A stretch of DNA of 61,475 nt from the NCBI GenBank assembly GCA_016179105.1, contig JACOSB010000143.1:1-61475 (forward strand), read 5' to 3'. The notes under the pieces were generated by a model. It was given only the letters and a program-made list of their open reading frames with translations. It made no database searches and was not told where the DNA came from. This document shows positions 17,223 to 27,100 of the stretch, in pieces (position 1 is the first letter of the stretch; each line of letters starts with the position of its first letter). The position numbers were made by a program, and so were the translations under genes. The DNA comes from Candidatus Acetothermia bacterium (lineage in GTDB: Bacteria > Bipolaricaulota > Bipolaricaulia > RBG-16-55-9 > DRXL01).

Positions 17223-19391
17223 TTACTCGCTGGGCACAGCTGCCTGGCTGAGTTTCATGGCCAGTTGGCTGTTACGCTTGGCTACTTGATTGTTCTTGAT
17301 CGCAATCGCTAAAGCTTTTTTCGTCCCCACGAGCACTACCAATTCCTTGGCTCTGGTGAGCGCGGTGTATAAAAGATTCCGCTGGAGCATCACATAATGC
17401 TGGGTCAGCAAGGGCAAGACGATGGCCCGGTACTCGCTCCCTTGGCTCTTGTGCACCGTGATCGCATAAGCCGGCACCAGCTCGTTAAGGTCAGATATTT
17501 CGTACTCCACCTGCTCCCTGCCAGGGAAGAGCACACTCACCTGTTGTTCAATTCGGTCTACGTCGCTGACCCGCCCAATATCTCCGTTGAAGACGTCTTT
17601 CTCGTAGTTGTTTCGGATTTGCATCACCTTGTCCCCCACGCGCAGCTCGCGGCCCGCATGGGGTAATCCCAATTCTTCTGAAGGGTTTAACCGCTCTTGC
17701 AAAGCCCGGTTGAGTTTGTCTGCTCCCACTTCGCCGCGATACATAGGGCAGAGCACCTGGATGTCATCGATGGGATCATAGCGGTATTTTGCAGGCAACC
17801 GTCGGGTGACCAAATCCAGTATGAGTTCTGCGGCAGCGGCCGGGTCTTCCATTTGCATGAAGAAGAAATCTCCGCTCGCCTGTGCTTTAAGGTCCGGGAA
17901 TTCCCCGCGGTTGATGCGGTGGGAGTTGGTGATAATCTGGCTTTCTTGCGCTTGGCGAAAAATCTCGGTGAGCTGCACGACCTCTGCCACCCCAGAACGG
18001 ATCAAGTCCTGAAGCACGCTGCCCGGCCCAACCGCCGGCAATTGGTCGACATCGCCGATCAAGACCAACGATGCTTCTGGCGGAACGGCCTTGAGAAAAT
18101 GATGCATCAACACCACATCGACCATGGACAGCTCATCGACGATGAGCGCATTCGCTTCCAGAGGATGGGTCTCGTTCTTCAGAAACCCTTCACGGGGAGA
18201 GAATTCGAGCAGGCGATGGATGGTCAGGGCCGGGCGGCCGGTGGATTCGCTCAGGCGTTTTGCGGCCCGCCCGGTGGGAGCGGCCAGCAGTATTTTCCAG
18301 CCCATGCACTCCATCACATGCAATAGGCCCTTCACGGTAGTCGTCTTGCCGGTGCCCGGACCCCCAGTCAGGATGAGCACCTTGCGCTGAAGTGCGGCCA
18401 GGATGGCTTGGCGTTGCTGCTCAGAGTATTCGATCTTCTCCCGCTGCTGGAACTCACTCAGCCACTTGGAGACTTGGCTTTCTCCTCTGGTGGAAGGAGT
18501 GCCGGTGCATAAGGTCAGAAATCTGTGCGCGATTCCATTCTCTGAGGCGTGCATGGCGGGCAGATAGATGGCCGGGTCTTCTTGGGGATCCAGTATAATC
18601 CCCTGCTCTGTCTGCGACGCTTCCAGAGCTGCCTCGAGCAACGCTGTCTCTACTCCAAGAATCTCGCTGCTGCGGCGCAGCAGTTCCGATTTGGGCAAGA
18701 ATACATGGCCTTCGTCGGATGCTGCTTCGTTGAGCAAGTGAATCAGCCCGGCTTGTAAGCGCTGCGGTGCATCTTTAGCAATTCCCAAAGACGTAGCGAT
18801 GCGGTCAGCGGTCTTGAAGCCGATCCCCCAGATGTCCTGGGCAAGCCGGTAGGGATTCTGGGTGACGATGCGCACCGCTTCTTGCCCGTAGGCTTTGAAT
18901 ATCTTGACGGCATATTTGGTGCTCACATCGTGGCCCTTGAGGAAGAGCATGACTTGACGGATCTCTTTTTGTTCTTGCCAGGCCTGCTGGATGCGCTCGC
19001 ACCGGACGGGTCCAATGCCTTCGACCTCTTGGAGGCGCAGGGGCTCTTCTTCAATAATTCGCAGAGTGTCCAGAGCGAAGTGAGTGGTGATTCGTTCGGC
19101 CATGACCGGGCCGATGCCGCGGATCAGCCCTGAACCGAGATATTTGCAGATGCCAACGACGGTGGCAGGGACGAGGGTCTGGTAATCTTGGATCTCGAAC
19201 TGGCGACCGAACTTGGAGTGGTGAGTCCAGCAGCCGTGCAGAAGCAAGTGCTCGCCGGGGGAGACAGCCATTAAGTTGCCTACGACAGTGATCACCTCAG
19301 GGAAGCCGGGCGAACTGATGCGGGCGACGGTATAACCATCCTCGTCAGATTCGTAGACAATGCGTTCGAGCGTGCCGCGGAGCTCTTCCAT
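17223..19391 (-). CDS. recD2: RecD2-like SF1 ATP-dependent DNA helicase
   Basis: 722 aa with N-terminal HhH repeats, Walker A GGPGTGKTT, and the typical RecD/TraA helicase motifs plus a C-terminal SH3-like region. Confidence 0.85.
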   Translation of the reverse strand: MEELRGTLERIVYESDEDGYTVARISSPGFPEVITVVGNLMAVSPGEHLLLHGCWTHHSKFGRQFEIQDYQTLVPATVVGICKYLGSGLIRGIGPVMAERITTHFALDTLRIIEEEPLRLQEVEGIGPVRCERIQQAWQEQKEIRQVMLFLKGHDVSTKYAVKIFKAYGQEAVRIVTQNPYRLAQDIWGIGFKTADRIATSLGIAKDAPQRLQAGLIHLLNEAASDEGHVFLPKSELLRRSSEILGVETALLEAALEASQTEQGIILDPQEDPAIYLPAMHASENGIAHRFLTLCTGTPSTRGESQVSKWLSEFQQREKIEYSEQQRQAILAALQRKVLILTGGPGTGKTTTVKGLLHVMECMGWKILLAAPTGRAAKRLSESTGRPALTIHRLLEFSPREGFLKNETHPLEANALIVDELSMVDVVLMHHFLKAVPPEASLVLIGDVDQLPAVGPGSVLQDLIRSGVAEVVQLTEIFRQAQESQIITNSHRINRGEFPDLKAQASGDFFFMQMEDPAAAAELILDLVTRRLPAKYRYDPIDDIQVLCPMYRGEVGADKLNRALQERLNPSEELGLPHAGRELRVGDKVMQIRNNYEKDVFNGDIGRVSDVDRIEQQVSVLFPGREQVEYEISDLNELVPAYAITVHKSQGSEYRAIVLPLLTQHYVMLQRNLLYTALTRAKELVVLVGTKKALAIAIKNNQVAKRNSQLAMKLSQAAVPSE

Positions 19392-19761
19392 GGCTCTGCA
19401 TTGTACACCGAGGGAGGAGTGTGATTCCTTCTCTGCAAAAACCAGCTAACGCGATGTGCAAGTTCAGCGCGGCAGAAAAAATGTTAGACTAGGGCCTAAA
19501 GCTAACATTGCAGGTCGCTCAGGCAGAAACGTTGCCAAGCAGGCTTGCATTTCATAAAGCCCAGGTTTCTGATCAAGGTAACGTTCATCCAAATCAGTTT
19601 TGTAATAGGCTGTTGCGACGCTACATCTTTCTGTTAACGCGAGTTGCTAAAATGAGAAAAAGGATATCTTCGACCTTATTTTCCCCTGATGAATTGGCTC
19701 TTTTAAAACCTTTGAAAGAGAAAGAATTAAAATTATTCTAAACCTGTCAGTATTTGGCGGG

Positions 19762-19777
19762 TCAACAATTTTGTAAC
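19762..19777. promoter_or_regulatory. 16-nt motif TCAACAATTTTGTAAC, copy 1 (upstream of the 64 aa ORF)
   Basis: Identical 16-mer to the copy at 20984-20999. Confidence 0.4.
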
Positions 19778-19828
19778 TTCGTTGAATTACAGTTTTAACG
19801 TTGAGGAAAGGCAGCAGGATTCTGAATA

Positions 19829-20023
19829 ATGGTTTTACAAAAGGAAGATTCGAGCTCGTTTATAGTACGCATCCGCGTGGAAGAACGCGATGATCAAGGC
19901 AACGCCATCGACTGGCGAGTGCTTGTCGAGCACGTTCAAACCAAAGAGACACAGTATTTTGGGAAGCTTGAACAGGCTTTTCAATTTATCCAAGCACGGA
20001 GTGGAGTACAAGAGCGACGTTAA
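19829..20023 (+). CDS. small hypothetical ORF preceded by the shared 16-nt motif
   Basis: 64 aa with an AGGA upstream. It is convergent with, and overlaps, the 3' end of the SARP gene. The call is weak. Confidence 0.2.
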   Translation: MVLQKEDSSSFIVRIRVEERDDQGNAIDWRVLVEHVQTKETQYFGKLEQAFQFIQARSGVQERR

Positions 20024-20825
20024 GGTTCTCTCCATTCTGGATCTGCTTATAAAGTGTTTGAGTAGCTGCTGCGGGCTCCCGTGCCAAGCTCTTCGCTAAC
20101 CGTTCTCGGCAATCCTCGTACGCTCTTAAAGCTCCATTCAGATTGTCTGTCAAGCTATAATAGCGCATCAGTTGTCGGTAAATAGCTTCTCGGTATGCAT
20201 CTTTGCAGAGAGCTTGGCGGCATGAAGCTATAGCTTGGTCATAATGTTCCAGGCAGGCATGGCATTCCGCTAGATGAGAAAGCGCTATTAGAAATTCTTC
20301 TCTCCAGCGCTCACGCTCGAGGATTGCCCAATCCTCGTACTGATCTTCGGATAGAAAATCTCCTTGATAGAGTTGCATTGCAGCCTGGTAGTTGTGGATC
20401 GCCTGAGGGTAACGTCCATGTTGTTCTAGGTATAGCGCCTTCTCACAAGACCGGGCAAACTCTTCCACATCCACAATGCAATGTGCTTCATTGCCAAAGT
20501 AATAGCCTTGGTGAGTGGTGAGAATGAATTGAGAGTGCGCACCTTTCTTCAATTCAGGCTCCAAAACCCGCCGCAGTTCCGAGATGCGAACTCGTAAATT
20601 TACGGCTGCTTTATCCCGATCAAGATTGGAGAAGAGCAGTTCAATAAGTTGATCTGGACTGTAGATTTGTCCGCGCTCCATTAAGAGCACTTTCAAAATC
20701 GCTTTGGACTTGTCCGCATGCCAAGATTGTGGACTGATGGGTATCTCGTCCCTCCAGACTTGGAAGTGGCCCAGCAGCTGGAACCGTAACGTATGCCTAT
20801 GGCGGGAAGTGCTTCTAGTGTCCAT
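19986..20825 (-). CDS. SARP-family transcriptional activator (OmpR-type wHTH + BTAD)
   Basis: The N-terminus HTLRFQLLGHFQVWRDEIPI... is a wHTH DNA-binding domain, followed by a TPR-like bacterial transcriptional activator domain. It is divergent from the Tc BC gene. Confidence 0.75.
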   Translation of the reverse strand: MDTRSTSRHRHTLRFQLLGHFQVWRDEIPISPQSWHADKSKAILKVLLMERGQIYSPDQLIELLFSNLDRDKAAVNLRVRISELRRVLEPELKKGAHSQFILTTHQGYYFGNEAHCIVDVEEFARSCEKALYLEQHGRYPQAIHNYQAAMQLYQGDFLSEDQYEDWAILERERWREEFLIALSHLAECHACLEHYDQAIASCRQALCKDAYREAIYRQLMRYYSLTDNLNGALRAYEDCRERLAKSLAREPAAATQTLYKQIQNGENLNVALVLHSVLG

Positions 20826-20983
20826 CTTCGGTAGCCCGGCTACCCCAGCGGGGTCCGTGGCTTTGCGTCCCCTCCTTGTAAAGGGTTTGCCTTTTCGGAT
20901 GGTTTTTGTTTTCTAATCATATCATCTCAGCGTTAAAAAAGCGTTAAATCCGAAAAACACTTTCTGTATCAAGATTCTTAGGA

Positions 20984-20999
20984 TCAACAATTTTGTAAC
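20984..20999. promoter_or_regulatory. 16-nt motif TCAACAATTTTGTAAC, copy 2 (between the divergent SARP gene and the TcBC gene)
   Basis: Identical 16-mer, about 113 nt upstream of the BC start. Confidence 0.4.
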
Positions 21000-21111
21000 A
21001 AGCTGACGGTAGACTTAGCACTGAATTTGTTGACTTGAGTTGCTGACTGACGACCTTTTGTTGAGCAAGCAATAGTGTGTGTTCGTGGAATGAGGAGAAG
21101 AAGGAAACTCC

Positions 21112-24100
21112 GTGCGCAGTGATCAAGAGAAGCAAGCAACAGAAATGAAGACAAAAGAAGCCGCCAGCGAAAAGGGCCAGGCTTCCGCTCCAGCGCTAAG
21201 CCTACCCAAAGGTGGCGGAGCCATTCGTGGGATTGGTGAGAAGTTTGCCGCAAACCCAGTTACCGGCACTGGCTCCATGAGCGTGCCAATCTTTACTTCA
21301 CCGGGCAGATCTGGTTTTGGGCCACAACTCTCCCTTTCCTATGATTCCGGCGTCGGCAATGGCCCCTTCGGCTTCGGCTGGAGTCTTTCACTCCCATCAA
21401 TCACGCGCAAGACTGACAAGGGCCTTCCCCGCTATGACGACTTCAACGAATCGGATGTTTTTATTCTTTCCGGCGCTGAAGATCTCGTGCCAGAGTTCGA
21501 AAAGGATGCCGTGGGGAATTGGGTCATCGAGAATGGCAAGCATACGGTTTACGACAAAGCGATTACAGTTAATGGGGTAGTTTACAAGGTTCGCCGCTAC
21601 CGCCCCCGCATCGAGGGGCTCTTCGCGCGTATTGAGCGTTGGACTCGCAAGAGCGATGGCGATGTACACTGGCGATCCATCTCGAAAGACAACATCACGA
21701 CACTTTATGGTAAAACAGCTGAAAGCCGAATCTCTGATCCGGCTGATCCCACACGCATCTTCAGCTGGTTGATTTGCGAGAGCTATGACGACAAAGGCAA
21801 TTCCATCATCTACGAATACGTGTCTGAAGACTCCACAGGAATTGACTTATCTCAGGCAAATGAGCAAAACCGAACGGAAGCGATTCGCTCGGCGAATCGT
21901 TATCTTAAGCGGATCAAATATGGGAATAAGGAATCAAGGCTTGTTCAGCCTGATCTGTCAAAGATGAATTGGGTGTTTGAGATAGTATTCGATTACGAAG
22001 AAGAGCATTACGAGTCGTTGCCTCTTGATGCCCAAGGTCGCCAACTTGTGCACGCTAGAATAAATAAAACGCAGAACTGGCCGGTTCGTCAGGACCCCTT
22101 CTCCAGCTATCGCTCGGGGTTCGAAGTTCGTACCTATCGGCTGTGTCAACGTGTTCTAATGTTCCACCATATCCCCGATGAGCTTAGCACTGAGGATTAT
22201 CTCGTGCGCTCCACAGAGTTCGCATACGACCAAAGTCCCATCGCATCGTTTATTACAGAGGTCACTCAGTCGGGATATGTTCGTCAGAGTGACGGAACCT
22301 ACTTGCAAAAATCTCTGCCGCCGTTGGAGTTTGAGTACAGCCAGCCGACCATAAACGAAGAAATAAGGGAGATTGACAAAGAAAGTCTAGAAAATCTTCC
22401 CTCTGGCCTGGATGGAACAAACTACCAATGGGCTGATCTCGATGGGGAAGGTGTCTCCGGCATTCTGACCGAGCAGGCTGATGCGTGGTTCTACAAGCCG
22501 AACTTGGGCGAGGGGCGATTCGGCCCGCTGGAAAGAGTCGCGTCTAAACCCTCCCTGGCAACATTGAGCGGCGGACGACAGCAACTCTTGGATCTGGCTG
22601 GCGACGGTCAGCTTGACCTCGTGGAGTTTAGTGGCCCGACTCCCGGTTTCTTTGAACGCACTCAGGATCAGAATTGGGACCTGTTCAGACCGTTCGCTCA
22701 TCTGCCCAACATAAACTGGTCTGATCCAAATCTGCGGTTCGTTGACCTAAACGGCGATGGTCATGCCGATGTTTTAATCACCGAACAAGAAGCCTTCACC
22801 TGGTACCCGTCGCTCGCCGAAGATGGATTTGCCTCAGCCGAGCACGTCCGCAAGCCGCTCGATGAGGAGAAAGGTCCGCAGCTCGTCTTCGTAGACGGCA
22901 CTCAATCCATCTATTTGGCCGACATGTCCGGAGACGGTCTCACTGACTTGGTGCGCATCCGCAATGGTGAGGTGTGTTACTGGCCCAACCTGGGCTACGG
23001 CAAATTCGGCACCAAAATCTCGATGGACAACGCGCCTTGGTTCGATTCTTCCGACCAGTTCGACCAGAAACGCGTCCGCCTAGCCGACATCGATGGTTCC
23101 GGCAATAACGACATCATCTATCTAAGTCGCAAAGGTGTCCGCCTCTGCTTCAACCAGTCTGGAAACCGTTGGAGTGAGGTGAGGAGACTGGCAAGCTTTC
23201 CGGCCGTGGACAATCTCACGTCAGTAACAGCGGTAGACTTGCTGGGTAATGGCACGGCCTGCTTGGTTTGGTCGTCGCCCTTGCCCGGGAATACGCGTCG
23301 GCCCATGCGCTACATCGATCTGATGGGCGGCATGAAGCCGCACCTGCTCATCTCGGTCAAGAACAACCTGGGTGCAGAGACGCACGTACACTACGCCTCT
23401 TCCACTCACTTCTACCTAACGGACAAGGCAGCAGGACAACCATGGATCACCCGATTGCCATTCCCTGTTCATGCCGTGGAGCGCGTCGAGACCTACGATC
23501 GGATCAGCCGCAACCGCTTCGTCACACGCTATGCCTATCATCACGGTTATTTCGATGGCATCGAGCGCGAGTTCCGCGGCTTTGGCATGGTGGAGCAATG
23601 GGACACAGAAGAGTTTGCTGCGCTGAGCGCCAGTGATGCTTTCCCCACGGGCGATAACATCGACGCGACGTCCCATGTGCCCCCAGTCTTGACAAGAACC
23701 TGGTTCCATACAGGTGCTTTTTTCAACGCTGATAACATTTCTCGGCATTACGAAGACGAATACTATCGCGAGGGTGACCGAAGTCTGGGCACAGCAGGGC
23801 TGACTGAGGCGCAAGAGCAAGCCATGCTGCTTCAAGACACAATTCTACCCACCGGCCTCACGCCGGACGAAGCACTTGAGGCCTGCCGCTCACTCAAGGG
23901 TTCAATACTCAGGCAAGAAATTTACGCCCTCGATGGCACTGAAGAAGCCGATCGGCCTTATTCGGTCTCGGAACGGAACTACACGATTCAACTGCTACAA
24001 CCGCGTGAAGCGAACCGACATGCCGTATTTTTCACACATGCTCGCGAGACCGTGGATTTCCATTACGAGCGTAACCTCTTTGACATCAATGGCAAGCTCC

Positions 24101-27100
24101 GTGCCGATCCTCGTGTCACCCACGCGATGACGCTCGATGTGGACGATTACGGCAACGTCTTGCTCTCAGCGGCTATCGGCTACGGACGCAGACGCGATGA
24201 TCCTGACCTCACGCTGGCTGACCGAGAGAAACAGAAAAAGACGCTGATTACATTCACAGTCAATCGCTACACTAATCCTATCCTAGAGGATGACAACTAT
24301 CGTGTGCCTTCGGCCTCTGAGGTGCTGACCTATGAGCTAATCAAGCTTACTCCTTCGTCGAACCTTCAAGAAGTCACTAATCTCTCTCGTTTTGATGAGC
24401 TGCGAAGTGTGATTGACCAAATGAGTGATGGTACTCACGATTTGCCCTACGAAGATGTAGATCATACAGGTGCAATAGCTAATAAACCCTATCGTCGTCT
24501 GATTGAGCAAGTGCGAACGCTTTATCGGGGAAATGACCTTGCTGCATTGCTGCACATGGGTCAGCTGCAGTCGATGGCATTGCCCGGCGAGAGTTACAAG
24601 CTGGCATTAACGCCGGGATTGATCGGGCAGGTGTATGGCGGTCGCATCACTGACGCTATGATGGAGAACGAAGGTGTGTACGTGCACAGTCAAGGTGACG
24701 CTAACTGGTGGATTCCCTCTGGTCAAATTTTTTATTCGCCCAAGGGCAGTGACACATTTCCCCAAGAGTTAGCATATGCTCAGCAGCATTTCTTCTTACC
24801 TTGCCGCTTTCGAGATCCTTTCGAGCAAACCACTATTGTCACCTACGATTCCTACAACCTGTTGATTCAGGAAACGCGTGATCCGTTGAGCAATCGCGTC
24901 ACAGCAGGTGAGCGCAACTCATCCGGAAATCTGACCAAGCCGGGTAATGATTACCGCGTACTCCAACCGAAACTTGTGATGGATCCCAATCGTAACCGTT
25001 CGGCGGTGGCCTTCGACGCTCTAGGTAAGGTGGTAGGTACAGCGGTCATGGGCAAGCCGACTGAAAACCTTGGCGACTCGCTCGATGGTTTCGAGTCAGA
25101 CCTTGATGTCCAAACGGTGATACAACATCTCACAGATCCATTGACTGATCCCCATGCCATTTTGCTGAAGGCCACTACGCGACTGGTGTACGACCTCTTC
25201 GCTTACGTGCGCACTCAAAACGATCTACAGCCCCAGCCAATTGTGGTCTACACCTTAGCACGGGAGACTCACGACTCCGATCTAACTCCAGGCCAGAAGA
25301 CCAAAATCCAACACAACTTCTCGTATTCCGATGGCTTCGGTAGAGAGATTCAGAAGAAGATTCAAGCTGAACCTGGGCCGCTGGTTGAAAATGGCGCTGA
25401 CGTCACTCCGCGCTGGGTCGGCAGCGGCTGGACGATCTTCAATAACAAGGGCAAACCCGTCCGCCAGTATGAGCCGTTCTTCAGCCCTACCCATCGTTTC
25501 GAGTTTGCGAAGGTTGTGGGTGTCAGCCCCGTTCTATTCTACGATCCGGTGGAGCGCGTCGTGGCTACGCTTCATCCCAACCACACCTATGAGAAAGTCG
25601 TCTTCGATCCATGGCAGCAAGCAACTTGGGATGTGAACGACACAGCCTTGCAGGCCGATCCCAAGAATGACTCGGATGTAGGCGATTTCTTCCATCGAAT
25701 TCCAGAAGCCGATTACATACCTACTTGGCATGAGAGCCGCAAGAACGGACAGTTGGGAGCTGAAGAGCAAGCCGCTGCGACCAAGACCTCTGTGCACGCC
25801 GACACACCGACTGTTGCTTACTTCGACACCCTCGGCCGCACTTTCTTGACAATTGCGTACAACCGCTTTCAACGGAATGGGAACATCATCGAGGAAAAGT
25901 ATGCGACCCGCACCGAGCTTGACATCGAGGGTAATCAACGAGCGGTCATCGATGCCAAAGACCGCATCGTCATGCGCTATGACTACGACATCCTCGGCAA
26001 TCACATTCACCAGGCCAGCATGGAAGCAGGGGAACGCTGGATGCTGAACGACGTGGCAGGTAAGCCGATCCGCACCTGGAACAGCCGTGGCTTCGCGCGT
26101 CGAATTACTTACGATGAATTGAGACGACCGACCGACTTATTCGTCAACGAAAACAATGCTCCTGAAATTTTGGCAGTGAATGCGGAGAAGACGGTTTATG
26201 GCGAGTTACAGCCAAACCCGGAAACCAAGAATCTGCGCGGGAAGGTTTTCCAAGCCTTCGATGGCGCAGGTGGGGTCACCAGTGAGGCCTACGATTTTAA
26301 GGGAAACCTGCTGCGCAGCCGTCGACAACTTGCGGTAGACTACAAAAACACCTTGAACTGGTCTACATCGTTGGTGCTAGAACAGGAGACATTCGCCAGT
26401 AGCACACGCTACGATGCATTGAACCGACCCATTCAAATAGTCGCGCCGCACAGCAGCTTGGCTGGACGAAAACTGAACATTATCCAACCTGCTTATAACG
26501 AAGCGAACTGGCTTGAAAAAATCCATGTGTGGCTCCAAGCAACAAGTGAACCTACAGGTTTGCTTGACACGAATACTGCAACTTTCCAGCCGGTGATGAA
26601 TATCGACTACAACGCCAAGGGCCAGCGCACGCTCATCGAGAATGGCAACGGGGTGAAGACTTCGTACATCTATGATGAAAAAACCTTCCGCCTGATTCAC
26701 TTGCTTACGCGGCGCAAGCCCGAAGACTTCCCGCAGGATTGCCCGACTGATCCTAACCCTCCATGCGGTGTCCAGAACCTGCACTATGTTTATGATCCAG
26801 TCGGTAACATCACCTCAATCCGCGACGACGCTCAGCAAACGATCTACTTCAAGAACGCAGTTGTCGAGCCGCACGCAGAGTATACGTATGACGCGATCTA
26901 TCGTTTGGTTGAGGCCGCTGGGAGAGAGCACATCGGGCAGTTATCTCAACCCGAAACCACCTGGGATGACAAGTTCAGAGTGAAATTGCCACACCCGCAA
27001 GATGGTCAAGCGATGAGGCGTTACACTGAACAATATGAATATGACTTTGTCGGCAATTTCGAGAAGCTGATCCATCAAGCCACCAACGGCACCTGGACGC

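Noticed and set aside
19508-19741. 77 aa ORF in the AT-rich intergenic region upstream of recD2
   Set aside because: It has a low-complexity, Leu/Lys-rich translation in an obvious promoter/UTR region and no RBS.
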